From Nitrosopumilus sp. (GTDB taxonomy: Archaea; Thermoproteota; Nitrososphaeria; Nitrososphaerales; Nitrosopumilaceae): a stretch of DNA of 64,000 nucleotides. The position numbers and the translations under genes were made by a program. The DNA lies in NCBI GenBank assembly GCA_965207445.1, contig CBDBLX010000002.1, positions 544,001 to 608,000 on the forward strand. The letters are read 5' to 3'. The notes under the pieces are model-generated. The model made no database searches. It worked only from the letters and a program-made list of their open reading frames with translations, and had not been told where the DNA came from. Below are positions 33,146-43,497 of this stretch, in pieces (positions within the stretch are counted from its first letter, which is position 1; every line of letters begins with the position of its first letter).

Positions 33146-34230
33146 ATCTGTATACTTTTTTGTATTCTCTTGTACGTGCTGTCATTGGCTTTAGTTGATA
33201 TTACATATACAGTACTTCCTGGTAGTACACCTTCAAGATCAGGTGATGTTACCTTTAGTCCTGCTGCAGCGTCGACTTGTTGAACTGTGGTAAATTTGTC
33301 ACGTGGGTCACGCATCTCATCTAGTGGCTTTGGTAACAATAATGACTTTGGTTTTGTGACTATAATGTCGTCACGTTTTGCTGCTATTATGATATCATCT
33401 TTTTTTATAGAACCATTAATCAATATCATGTTTGCAGCAGGACCTAGTCCTACTTCGTCGTTTACCTCTAGTATCATTCCCCGTGATGTTTTGTTTGCAG
33501 TCTCAAGATGTTTTTGCATGTATTGTTGTGTCAAGCCAACTAGTACGCTTAAGAGCTCTGGTATTCCTACTCCACTCTTGGCCGATATTGGTACTATTGC
33601 GACTTCACTTTTAAAGTCCTGTACACGATTAAATGCTTCTGACTTGTACTTTTTTATCGACAGCGTACCAACAACATCGTATATCTTTTGGTCTAAATCT
33701 GTTTGAACTGATGTGTATTGTTCCTTGATTGCTTGTGTTATGAAATTTGATTCTGTCTTGCGCCACCCTGATATCTGATCGCATTTATTCAATGCTATGA
33801 CAAATGGCACTTTTCTCTTGCCCAAAATGTCTAGACTCTCTGTGGTTTGTGGCTGAAATCCTCTACTTGCATCAATTACCAATATTGCAATGTCAGCTGC
33901 TGATCCTCCACGTGATCGTAGATTGGTAAAGACCTCGTGTCCGGGTGTGTCAATTACAAGCAGTCCTGGAATTGGGTTTTCTGTCTGCGTCTCTAATCTT
34001 TTGTATAATGGTCCGCATACTTGCTGTATGGTCTGAATTGGAAGAAAGCTGGCGCCTATGTGTTGTGTAATTCCACCCGCTTCTCTCCCTTGAACTCCTG
34101 TACCTCGTATGTAGTCAAGAAGTGACGTCTTACCAGAATCTACATGCCCTAGTACTGCTACTATTGGTTGGCGAATTTTGTTCTTTTTGTCATCAACTTT
34201 ACGTTGAGACTTTGATGGCTCTGAGTGCAA
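33142..34230 (-). CDS. infB: aIF5B N-terminal half (G domain + domain II)
   Basis: RQPIVAVLGHVDSGKT, GGITQHIGA, DTPGHE, NKCD. Confidence 0.92.
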   Translation of the reverse strand: MHSEPSKSQRKVDDKKNKIRQPIVAVLGHVDSGKTSLLDYIRGTGVQGREAGGITQHIGASFLPIQTIQQVCGPLYKRLETQTENPIPGLLVIDTPGHEVFTNLRSRGGSAADIAILVIDASRGFQPQTTESLDILGKRKVPFVIALNKCDQISGWRKTESNFITQAIKEQYTSVQTDLDQKIYDVVGTLSIKKYKSEAFNRVQDFKSEVAIVPISAKSGVGIPELLSVLVGLTQQYMQKHLETANKTSRGMILEVNDEVGLGPAANMILINGSIKKDDIIIAAKRDDIIVTKPKSLLLPKPLDEMRDPRDKFTTVQQVDAAAGLKVTSPDLEGVLPGSTVYVISTKANDSTYKRIQKSIQI

Positions 34231-34236
34231 CTTGAT

Positions 34237-34644
34237 TCACCCAAAAACCACCTTTGATTCGTGCTCAAAACTGTTTTGGGAATCTGATGCGTGTATTATA
34301 TTATCTGTAAATCCTAATCCATAGTCACCACGTATGGAGCCTGGCGACGCCTCAAATGACTTTGTAGCGCCTATCATTATACGTACAGATGAGACTGCAT
34401 GCTCACCTTGTATTACTGCTGCAACGACGCGCCCTGAGCATATAAAAGACGTCAATTCCTCAAAGAATGGCTTGTCTTTATGTACATTGTAAAACTCTTC
34501 TGCTTGTTGTTTTGTAAACTGAAACATCTTTAACTCTAAAATCTCAAATCCTTTGGTCTCGAATCTTGCTATTATGGAGCCTGTTAGGTTTCGTCTTACA
34601 GCATCTGGTTTTATTATAAATAATGTCTTTTCTACTTTTTGCAA
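34237..34644 (-). CDS. ndk: Nucleoside diphosphate kinase
   Basis: IIKPDAV, PGSIRGDYG, NIIHASDS. Confidence 0.96.
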   Translation of the reverse strand: MQKVEKTLFIIKPDAVRRNLTGSIIARFETKGFEILELKMFQFTKQQAEEFYNVHKDKPFFEELTSFICSGRVVAAVIQGEHAVSSVRIMIGATKSFEASPGSIRGDYGLGFTDNIIHASDSQNSFEHESKVVFG

Positions 34645-34649
34645 TCAAA

Positions 34650-34850
34650 TCACTTTCTTCTAATTCCACCCTTTACGTATTTTTTTGTCCACTTTAGTTT
34701 TCTAGGATCACGTTTTAACTCTAGCGCATTCTTTTTACACTTTGATGAGCAAAACCACATTACCGTGCCATCATTTTTGGCAAGCATAGTACCTGACCCT
34801 TTTGCTATTGGTTTGCCACAAAAACTACACAGTTGTATTAACAGACTCAT
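34650..34850 (-). CDS. rpl24e: Ribosomal protein L24e
   Basis: CSFCG...G.GTM...FCSSKC...RKLKWT. Confidence 0.95.
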   Translation of the reverse strand: MSLLIQLCSFCGKPIAKGSGTMLAKNDGTVMWFCSSKCKKNALELKRDPRKLKWTKKYVKGGIRRK

Positions 34851-34899
34851 TTAACATCTATACCCTTTTCTCTATTTTTTTAATACTAGTGTATATACC

Positions 34900-35151
34900 C
34901 TACTTTATCTTTTTAGCTTCTCGTTCAGTCTCCCTTAGCATCAGAATCTCTCCTACTCTAATTGAGCCTTTGACGTTTCGAGTCAGTATACGTCCTTTAT
35001 CCTTACCTGTAAGTATGCGAACTCTGACTTGTATGACCTCACCTGCAATACCTGTGCGTCCTACTATTTGTATGATCTCTGATTGCACTACCTCATCTGC
35101 AACAGATACTGTTGTACTGGCTGATGATTTTTTTGATGAATCTGTACTCAT
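34900..35151 (-). CDS. rps28e: Ribosomal protein S28e
   Basis: [27 protein letters not shown]. Confidence 0.95.
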   Translation of the reverse strand: MSTDSSKKSSASTTVSVADEVVQSEIIQIVGRTGIAGEVIQVRVRILTGKDKGRILTRNVKGSIRVGEILMLRETEREAKKIK

Positions 35152-35534
35152 TTACTGTCTGCGCCGTCCTTTATCTTGGCAATTGACGTTATCACTTGGT
35201 CTATGATGTGTTGTGCTTCTCCTGCATCAAGTATGGCAGCAGCTGCAGATGTAATGTCTATGCCAATCGAATTACCAAGATCATTTTTAGATGGGACAAA
35301 CGCATACGCTACTCCTTGTTCTTCGCACAATATTGGAAGGTGTGCTACCACTTCTGGAGGCTCTACATCTTCTGCAATTACGATCAATTTTGATGTGCCT
35401 CGTTCAATTGCTTTTGTTGCCTCGTTTGTCCCTTTTTTGACCTTGCCACTTGTTGCAGCAATTCTAACTGCCTCTAAAATTGGACTAACTAGATCTTCTG
35501 GTGTCTCAAACTTAACATAATATGCCTTTGCCAT
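35148..35534 (-). CDS. rpl7ae: Ribosomal protein L7Ae
   Basis: [29 protein letters not shown]. Confidence 0.97.
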   Translation of the reverse strand: MAKAYYVKFETPEDLVSPILEAVRIAATSGKVKKGTNEATKAIERGTSKLIVIAEDVEPPEVVAHLPILCEEQGVAYAFVPSKNDLGNSIGIDITSAAAAILDAGEAQHIIDQVITSIAKIKDGADSK

Positions 35535-35823
35535 TGTGTGTGTTCTCCTTTTGTGTCATTTTCTGTATGTCTGCTCTAGATTTTGGTTTTAAAAGTGTTG
35601 AGTGTTTTGATTATGTTCGGTGTTTTGGCACTTGTTATACAAATAGCACTCTTGTATGATCAAATATGTACCAGATCTACTCTGACAATTAAAGACATGT
35701 ATCATTTATTACACTAGATTATTTTCATCTTGTCTATTTTGTTATACTGTATTATGTTTTCTAATTTTTGAACACATATGGATAATCTGAAATCATAAAT
35801 AGTTTTTAAAACTAGAATGTTTA

Positions 35824-36693
35824 ATGGTGGCAAAACCCAAGACTATCAAAAGTATGATAAAGCGAAAGAAAAAGCCGCTTGTGATTCCTGGTGTATATGA
35901 TGCGCTTGGCGCTAGGATTGTAGAGAAGACTGGGTTTGGTGCAATGTTTCAAACAGGATATGGAACATCCGCATCGCTTCTTGGAATGCCTGACTATGGG
36001 TTTATTGGGGCAGCAGAAACTGTTGAGAATGCAAGACGTATTTGTAGCGCAACTGATATTCCTGTTATAGTTGACTCTGATACTGGATATGGTAATGCAC
36101 TGAGTGTATGGAAGCTTGTGAGGGATCTGCAATCTGCTGGTGCATCTGGGATGTTTTTAGAAGATCAAAAATGGCCAAAACGTTGTGGTCATATGCGTGG
36201 TAAAGATGTTGTGTCTCAAGAAGAATACACTGAAAAGTTAGGTGCTGCTGTTGATGCTAAACAAGACCGTGACTTTGTTATCGTGTCTAGAACTGATGCA
36301 CGCGCAACAAATGGATTGGATGATGCAATTGAGCGTGCAAAAGAGAACAAAAAGATTGGTGCAGACGCGATATTTGTAGAAGCTCCTCGTTCAATTGATG
36401 AGATGAAAAAAATTGGCAAAGAAATTCGCGCCCCCCTTGTTGCAAACATGATTGAGGGTGGTGTTACGCCACTGTACCCGGCGCAAAAATTACATGATAT
36501 GGGATTTAATATTATCTTGTATCCACTTTCGGTGTTATTTGCAAGCGCGTTTGCTACATCAAAAATACTCTCAGAGCTGTATAATACAGGTACTACTACA
36601 AAGTCAAAAAGAGCTGCGGTAAGTTTTGATCAGTTCAATGATATTGTTGATTTAAATAAATTCCAAAAATTGGAGCACAGATATGGTGCATAA
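35824..36693 (+). CDS. Isocitrate lyase/PEP mutase family (methylisocitrate lyase-like)
   Basis: D.DTGYG, EDQKWPKRCGH, SRTDAR. Confidence 0.9.
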   Translation: MVAKPKTIKSMIKRKKKPLVIPGVYDALGARIVEKTGFGAMFQTGYGTSASLLGMPDYGFIGAAETVENARRICSATDIPVIVDSDTGYGNALSVWKLVRDLQSAGASGMFLEDQKWPKRCGHMRGKDVVSQEEYTEKLGAAVDAKQDRDFVIVSRTDARATNGLDDAIERAKENKKIGADAIFVEAPRSIDEMKKIGKEIRAPLVANMIEGGVTPLYPAQKLHDMGFNIILYPLSVLFASAFATSKILSELYNTGTTTKSKRAAVSFDQFNDIVDLNKFQKLEHRYGA

Positions 36694-37161
36694 TCTATGT
36701 TTACTTTTATGTGAATAATGTGATGTGTTTAACTATTATTGATTTTAAAATAACCTGTCATTTAGAAATCATTGTATGTAATGGGGATTTTTAATGTGTA
36801 ATCATTATATATTATTTTAATCAAAAAAATAATTTTTATATATATATAAAATATGACTGAATTTGACTGTAAATGTGACTGTAAACATAACTTGACACTT
36901 TTTTTAATTATATATAATAAATTTGAGATGGAAATTGAATGTATGTATGTACAATCTATGTGCATACAATATATGTATATAAAATATGTGTATACAATAT
37001 GTGTATACAATATGTGCCAACTTTAAGACATCAAAGAGATTAAAAATAATGATCTTGTATACCATGCATCAAACATGCACAAATTGGCAGAGTTGTACAA
37101 TTTAGTTGATTATCAATAATCGGAGAATAAAAATAGAAAAAAAAAGTCCAAGAAAGAAAAC

Positions 37162-37449
37162 TCACTCGGGGTTTCTCTTTACTTCGATCTCAATCGTCGA
37201 TACGTTTCGCGTTCGTCCGTCCTGAGACTTGAGGGACTCGGAACCTATTCGGATATCCCCAATAGTGCAGCCAGCAATCTCAGTCTTTCTCAAGACTAGT
37301 TGGGCAACATCAACTGCATGCCCTATGCTGAGCCCCCGAGCCTTGATGTTTACTTTTGGTAAGTTGACCAACTGAATGGCAGTTGCCGTGACGTATGTCA
37401 TCAGTGGTTTTTTACCAATGAATATGGTGTCTCTTGCTTCGGTAGACAT
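37162..37449 (-). CDS. albA: Alba DNA/RNA-binding protein
   Basis: IGKKPLM.Y, KARG..I..AVDVA, VSTIEI. Confidence 0.93.
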   Translation of the reverse strand: MSTEARDTIFIGKKPLMTYVTATAIQLVNLPKVNIKARGLSIGHAVDVAQLVLRKTEIAGCTIGDIRIGSESLKSQDGRTRNVSTIEIEVKRNPE

Positions 37450-37701
37450 TGAAGAAAACTCTTATGGGCATTATTTAAAGTTAAAATATTGACTGCAAAT
37501 CGGCTCCATCTTAAAATTTTTGATCAGATAATGTTTATTATGGCCACCTGTGACCGTTAGCATAATTTTCTTTAGACATGTATATCATGAATTTAGACAG
37601 TTTACAAAAACGTTCACTTCATAACTCTCCGCCATCACTACTCTCATTTGTCATTCTAGATGTGCATAGAACAAATGTTATGGTACGTGGTAGAGTCCGC
37701 A

Positions 37702-37783
37702 GTAACCGTTCATCCCATTCCTAAATTTAGGCACAAATTCACCACCTAACATCTGGCGCAGGTACGGGGGGTTGAACGGTTAC
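37702..37783 (+). mobile_element. MITE copy 3, plus an orphan right end at about 37889-37905
   Basis: GTAACCGTTCA...GGTTGAACGGTTAC with conserved core. Confidence 0.85.
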
Positions 37784-37935
37784 GACCTTACGATCTGATC
37801 TAGAGTCCAGCACACGTAATGTGTGGACAGATAATCAAGTCAAAGCCGCATCTGTACTACTCTGGGCTTGGGGGGGGGGGGAGTGATTGGGGGTTGAACG
37901 GTTACAACGTGCAGAATCATATTCTAATTTTATAA

Positions 37936-38502
37936 TCATTTTATACATAATTTATCAAGCAATAGTGCAAGATTTGGATCTTTTTGAATCTCATCTGACC
38001 ACTCATCTGTTATCTTCTCATGTAATGTTGTGGGGATCGTAATACCTGCTTTGATTATTGCCTGCGCGGCGCTTTTTTTAACCTGCGCATTCTTATCAAA
38101 TAGCGCATTGTATAGTGTATCTTGCACATTTTGAGTACCTGCACCTAAATGCCCTAGTGCACCTATGGCACATGATCTGACCGTAGAGTGCTCATCATCT
38201 GATAGTCTTATCAACTCGGGAATTGCATCTCTGTCATTGCGATTTGCTAACGCTAGTGATGCAAATCCTCTAATGTTCTTGTTGGTGGAATTAAGACTCT
38301 TTATCAAACATTTGGATATTTTTTCACTCTTGTTTAACAACAACAAACTAAATGCCTCACCTCTCACCCTTATATCATCATCATTAAGTTTGACAATTAC
38401 ATGTTCTATGATATTTGGCGAACTGACATCTATTAGACTCTCTAGTGCTTGAATCTTTTGCTCACTACTGCCATTTTGTAATGTGTCTGTAATGTCACTC
38501 AA
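37936..38502 (-). CDS. HEAT-repeat protein
   Basis: L.D....VR..A..ALG repeats. Confidence 0.85.
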   Translation of the reverse strand: MSDITDTLQNGSSEQKIQALESLIDVSSPNIIEHVIVKLNDDDIRVRGEAFSLLLLNKSEKISKCLIKSLNSTNKNIRGFASLALANRNDRDAIPELIRLSDDEHSTVRSCAIGALGHLGAGTQNVQDTLYNALFDKNAQVKKSAAQAIIKAGITIPTTLHEKITDEWSDEIQKDPNLALLLDKLCIK

Positions 38503-38584
38503 TATACTCCGATAACATAAAACTCAAGTTAAATGTTGGTACATTTGTGTAAAATAATTATTTGTTTTAATTACATATATGAAA

Positions 38585-39202
38585 TTATTCTATTGTAATT
38601 TTTTGTGAATTGTTATTTTGTTCATCTGCATCTTTTCTGTTTGCATCTTTTTCATCTGCATCTTTTTGTTGATGATCAGAGTCTTCTTGTTCATCATCTA
38701 TTCTCTTTAACTCGTTTATGAGAAATTGTCGATATGCTGTTTTACCTTGTATTGTACTATACTGATATTCTCCCAAAATGTATCCTATTGATGATATGCG
38801 TTCCATCACATCTGTTGCAACAAATCTGCCTACATCTCCAAGTCTACACATTACATCGATCTGATCTTTTATTCCCTTGCTTATCTTGTGCATGTCTTTG
38901 ACTGTATCGATTCCTTTTTCGGTAAGTGTATATTTAATATTTTTTTTATTTCGTGTCTTTTCTATATTCTCGTCTTTGTCTTTATCTCTAATTTCTGTTA
39001 TTATACCTTCATCTAAAAGTCTGCCAAGCAATGGGTATATCAGACCCGGTGATGGGCTCCATTTGCCATTGCTGTCTTGCTCTGCTCTATTAATGATCTC
39101 TTTTCCTGTATGTGGTCCCTCTTTTAAAATCTCGACTACATAACACCTTGAGAATCCTCTTGGTATAACACTCTTGACACTATCGAGCCATTTTGAACTC
39201 AT
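38585..39202 (-). CDS. PadR-like transcriptional regulator
   Basis: WSPSPGLIYPLLGRL, Y.LTEKG. Confidence 0.87.
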   Translation of the reverse strand: MSSKWLDSVKSVIPRGFSRCYVVEILKEGPHTGKEIINRAEQDSNGKWSPSPGLIYPLLGRLLDEGIITEIRDKDKDENIEKTRNKKNIKYTLTEKGIDTVKDMHKISKGIKDQIDVMCRLGDVGRFVATDVMERISSIGYILGEYQYSTIQGKTAYRQFLINELKRIDDEQEDSDHQQKDADEKDANRKDADEQNNNSQKITIE

Positions 39203-39291
39203 AATTGTATATCGCAAGCGATATATTTAACTTTTTGATATTGGTCTTTCATCTATTACATTTTTAATATCTCAGTATGATGGTTTGTTCA

Positions 39292-41010
39292 ATGGTAGAT
39301 ACCATAGAGTATGACATGCTAATATGTGGATCTGGCCTTGCAGGACTCAGGGCTGCTATCTCTGCTGCCAAAACTGCGCCAAGCCTAAAGATTGCAATCG
39401 TCTCAAAGTTACAAGTAATGCGCTCGCATTCTGTTTCTGCAGAAGGTGGAACTGCTGCAGTGTTGTTTGAGGATGAAGGTGATACGATAGAGTCACATGT
39501 ATATGATACTGTAAAGGGAAGTGACTTTCTTGCTGACCAAGATGTTGCTGAACGCCTCTGCGTTGAGATGCCTCGCGAGGTACGTCAGTTAGACCACTGG
39601 GGAATGCCATGGTCTCGTCGTAAGGATGGGCGTATTGATCAACGAAATTTTGGAGGGTACAGTTTTCCGCGTGCAACTTTTGCCTCTGATAAAGTAGGCT
39701 TTTTTGAGATGCAGACTTTGTATGACACGTGCTTAAAATTTGATAATATATCGTATTTGAATGAGTGGTTTGCCACATCTATCATACATGATGGCAAGCG
39801 ATTTGTAGGAATCACTGCAATTGAGATTGGCAGTGGTACGTTTTATTCTATAAAGGCAAAGTCACTAATAATTGCAACAGGCGGCGCAGGCAGACTGTAC
39901 AGCTTTTCGACATATGCACTGTCCTCTACTCCAGATGGACTTGATATGGGATTTCGAGCCGGCATGGCCCTCAAAGATATGGAATTTGTACAGTTTCACC
40001 CTACTGGTATAATACCATCTGGTATATTGATCACAGAGGGTGCACGTGGTGAAGGAGGTTATCTATTAAACAACAAAGGTGAGAGGTTTATGAAGCGATA
40101 TGCTGCATCGAAGATGGAGCTTGCACCGCGTGATATTGTGTCTCGATCTATAATGACTGAGATAAATGAAGGTAGAGGATTCAAACATGAAACAGGTGTT
40201 GATTGTATGAAACTTGATCTACGACATATTGGTGATGAGCGGATAAAAGAGAAACTAGGTGCCATACGTGAAATCTCAATCAAGTTTTCTGGTATTGATC
40301 CTTCCAAAGATCTTTTAGATATTAGACCTGTCTGTCATTATATGATGGGTGGACTCCATACAAACATTGATGGTGCAACTGAGATACAAGGGGTGTGGGC
40401 TGCAGGTGAAGCTGCATGTAATAGTGTACATGGCTCAAACCGATTGGGTGCAAATTCGACTTCTGAGTGTATAGTGTGGGGCAAAATAACTGGTGAGCTA
40501 GCAGCACGTTATGCACTAGAACAATCCACAGTACCAAGGCCGCCTTGGCCCCATCATCTTGTAGCAGAAGAAGAAAAGCGAATTTACGATGGTATATTTC
40601 GTGGTGGGGGTCATGCAAACCCATATGAGATACGACAGAAACTTACAGATACGTTGAATGACGGGGCATATGTGTATCGTGATGAAAAGTCACTTGTAAA
40701 AGGACTTCGTACCGTACGTGATTTGCGTCAGCAATCTTGGAAACATGTTGATGACAAGGCATCTGAATACAATACAAACTTTGTAAACGTGATGGAGATT
40801 GACTCTATGTTCAGAGTAGCTGAGATAGTTCTTGTGGGTGCAATAAATAGAAAAGAATCCCGTGGCGCACATGCACGTACTGACTATCCCAAGCGTGACG
40901 ATGAGAACTTTTTACACCACACATTAGCATATTATGATCTTGAGGGACCTATAATGAAGACACATCCTGTCACAATTACCAAATACAAGCCTGTGGAGAG
41001 GAAATATTGA
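39292..41010 (+). CDS. sdhA: Succinate dehydrogenase flavoprotein subunit
   Basis: GSGLAG, RSHSVSAEGG, QFHPTG, HYMMGG, NRLGANS, ESRGAH. Confidence 0.96.
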   Translation: MVDTIEYDMLICGSGLAGLRAAISAAKTAPSLKIAIVSKLQVMRSHSVSAEGGTAAVLFEDEGDTIESHVYDTVKGSDFLADQDVAERLCVEMPREVRQLDHWGMPWSRRKDGRIDQRNFGGYSFPRATFASDKVGFFEMQTLYDTCLKFDNISYLNEWFATSIIHDGKRFVGITAIEIGSGTFYSIKAKSLIIATGGAGRLYSFSTYALSSTPDGLDMGFRAGMALKDMEFVQFHPTGIIPSGILITEGARGEGGYLLNNKGERFMKRYAASKMELAPRDIVSRSIMTEINEGRGFKHETGVDCMKLDLRHIGDERIKEKLGAIREISIKFSGIDPSKDLLDIRPVCHYMMGGLHTNIDGATEIQGVWAAGEAACNSVHGSNRLGANSTSECIVWGKITGELAARYALEQSTVPRPPWPHHLVAEEEKRIYDGIFRGGGHANPYEIRQKLTDTLNDGAYVYRDEKSLVKGLRTVRDLRQQSWKHVDDKASEYNTNFVNVMEIDSMFRVAEIVLVGAINRKESRGAHARTDYPKRDDENFLHHTLAYYDLEGPIMKTHPVTITKYKPVERKY

Positions 41011-41489
41011 TGTCTTCGTCTGAGAATAATTCTGATGTTGTGAATCAAAGTAATACTGATCCACGCCAGCCAAACAAGGCCGGTGTAGGTGGAATGATCA
41101 ATCCTGGAAAATATGGGATTGAACGCGTTGCATATTGGCTTATGCGTCTTACTGGATTGGGGTTGCTTGCATATTTTATCGGACACATCTATGAAACTAG
41201 TAGTATACTTCAAGGAAAGATGGGCTGGGACGAGTTTCTGGCAATGACGCAGACAGCAGAGGGGCATATTGTACTTGCAATTGTGATTGGAATGTGCGTA
41301 TTTCATACTGTGAATGGAATTCGAGTGATGATGGGACATGGGGGTATAGGTGTGGGCCGCGCCGCAAGGCCTGATTACCCATATACACCTGCATCTCAGA
41401 ACTATAGACACAAGATTGGTATTTACACTGCAATTGTGTTGGCTGCTGTTGCCATGATGTATGGACTTGCAGTAATGTTTGGTGTATGA
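41007..41489 (+). CDS. sdhC: Succinate dehydrogenase cytochrome b subunit
   Basis: R.TG, H..NGIR, three TM helices, operon position. Confidence 0.85.
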   Translation: MMSSSENNSDVVNQSNTDPRQPNKAGVGGMINPGKYGIERVAYWLMRLTGLGLLAYFIGHIYETSSILQGKMGWDEFLAMTQTAEGHIVLAIVIGMCVFHTVNGIRVMMGHGGIGVGRAARPDYPYTPASQNYRHKIGIYTAIVLAAVAMMYGLAVMFGV

Positions 41490-41565
41490 TTGTATGATGA
41501 TAAAAGATGGTGTATGTGTGTATGATGATGAACAACTGGATGGCAAAACATTGGATGGTGAATAA

Positions 41566-41913
41566 ATGATCAAAGAATCTACAATAATGAAGATACACTA
41601 TGGTACCGCGCTTGCAGCAGTTGCACTTGTTGCAGTACATGTGTTGATGCGATTAACATCAGGCTTTGCCGAATCATTGGAATATGAGACTGTTCTTGCA
41701 AACTATAGATTTTTACCATATGCACTGATGCTTGAGATTATCTTGATTCTGCTTTCAATACATGGGTTTAATGGTTTACGTGTAATACTGCTTGAGCTAA
41801 AACAAGGACCACGATACGAAAAGACGGTCTCGTATGGTTGTGTGGTTGCCATGTTTGTATTAATTGCGTATGGTTCGCGAACCATTATTATGACCAATAT
41901 GGGGATGGTATAG
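41566..41913 (+). CDS. sdhD: Succinate dehydrogenase membrane anchor
   Basis: HGFNGLRVIL, three TM helices, operon position. Confidence 0.85.
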   Translation: MIKESTIMKIHYGTALAAVALVAVHVLMRLTSGFAESLEYETVLANYRFLPYALMLEIILILLSIHGFNGLRVILLELKQGPRYEKTVSYGCVVAMFVLIAYGSRTIIMTNMGMV

Positions 41914-41914
41914 T

Positions 41915-42703
41915 ATGTCAAGTGTCACTAGTAGTAGTAGTAGTAATGAAACGTCACAGCCTCGTACGATCACACTTCGAATTGCACGCAGCAATCCTCA
42001 GAGTGAAAAAGATGCCAATACGATAACTAGTGGGTTTGATGAATTTGATGTACAATATGAAAAATGGACTACTGTACTTGATGCCATACTGGAAGTAAAA
42101 AAGAAACTTGATCACTCTATTGCAGTAAGATATTCGTGCAGACAAGCTACTTGTGGTTCATGTGGCATGATGATAAATGGCAGGCCTCGACTGGCATGTT
42201 TTACAAAGATCGATGAGCTTGATTCTTCTACCGTAACGACTGAGCCACTACAAAATTATCCTGTAATTCGTGATTTGGCAGTTGGATTTGATAGTTTGTT
42301 TGATAAACACCGCTCGATAAACCCGTATCTTGATAGAGATGACACGGAACTAGACAATATCACGGATCCTCGAAGCCTCAAAGAGTATCCTCAATCACCA
42401 AAAGAGTTAGAATCGTATATTCAGTTTGCAAACTGTATAAAGTGTGGTCTGTGTAATGCCGCATGTCCTACTATGGCAACTGACTCTACATTTTTGGGTC
42501 CACAGGCACTTGCTCAAGCGTATCGCTATGTGGGTGATAGCAGAGACAAGGGTAAGGACTCTAGATTAAAGGTAATTGATGACTCACATGGAATATGGCG
42601 TTGTCACTTTGCAGGGTCTTGCAGTCAGGTATGTCCAAAGGGTGTGGATCCTGCTATGGGAATTCAAATGTTACGTGGATACATGCTTGGATTCAGAAAA
42701 TAA
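41915..42703 (+). CDS. sdhB: Succinate dehydrogenase Fe-S subunit
   Basis: SCRQATCGSC, CIKCGLC...CP, WRCH...C...CPK. Confidence 0.95.
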   Translation: MSSVTSSSSSNETSQPRTITLRIARSNPQSEKDANTITSGFDEFDVQYEKWTTVLDAILEVKKKLDHSIAVRYSCRQATCGSCGMMINGRPRLACFTKIDELDSSTVTTEPLQNYPVIRDLAVGFDSLFDKHRSINPYLDRDDTELDNITDPRSLKEYPQSPKELESYIQFANCIKCGLCNAACPTMATDSTFLGPQALAQAYRYVGDSRDKGKDSRLKVIDDSHGIWRCHFAGSCSQVCPKGVDPAMGIQMLRGYMLGFRK

Positions 42704-42955
42704 CTTTTGTATATCTAAAAACTATTTTATTTTTGCTAATTTTTAATATTGTTTGTGTTACTTTGATTGCGTGTGATTTTGTATGCAAAAAATACTGAGA
42801 CAGTTCTTGTGAGTGTGGCAAGTTGTGACTAATTTTCGTCATTTGTTCTTGTGTATGGGTTGGCCGATTGGTTTTATTCCAATTATTATCAACCCATCTT
42901 TATTAAATGGCGATTAAGTGGAGTTGTATCTTTTTTGCTTTATGCCGACTTGTAC

Positions 42956-43450
42956 TCAATTTGTGCTGTTTGGTGGTGGTGGTGGTGGTGATGATGATGA
43001 TGTTGTTGTTGTTGATGATGATGATGATGGTACCTCTGTAGTTGACTCTGTAGTTGGCGTGGTACTGGTAGTTTTGTCTACAGTAATACTTTGGTTCGTA
43101 TCTGTGCCACTAGTATCAACATTACTTGCATCTTTCTTTTTTGGCTTTGGAGAGTTATTTACTTGGGTGTTTATCTGCTCTGCCATGAAATGGTTGGAGA
43201 CGTTAACTTTTACATCCTCAACTCCATCTACCATCAATAGGTTGTCATGTATATCTTGGCATATCTTAAAGCCAAAGACTGCTGGACAGAATGGACTTGT
43301 AAGGTGCAGATCTACTTTTACGTTGTCGCCGTTGATGTCTACTTCATCTATGAGCTCTAGTTCTACTATAGATGTGTCAATTTCGGGATCCACTATCTTT
43401 GATAACTCGTCGAATATCTTTACTCTCAACTGTTTGATATCTTGACTCAT
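42956..43450 (-). CDS. DUF59 / SufT-like Fe-S assembly factor with T/S/P low-complexity tail
   Basis: DPEI...IVEL.LI, LTSPFCP. Confidence 0.88.
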   Translation of the reverse strand: MSQDIKQLRVKIFDELSKIVDPEIDTSIVELELIDEVDINGDNVKVDLHLTSPFCPAVFGFKICQDIHDNLLMVDGVEDVKVNVSNHFMAEQINTQVNNSPKPKKKDASNVDTSGTDTNQSITVDKTTSTTPTTESTTEVPSSSSSTTTTSSSSPPPPPPNSTN

Positions 43451-43497
43451 AATATGCATTCAATTATGCTATATATAACGATTAGAGAAGTAACTGC

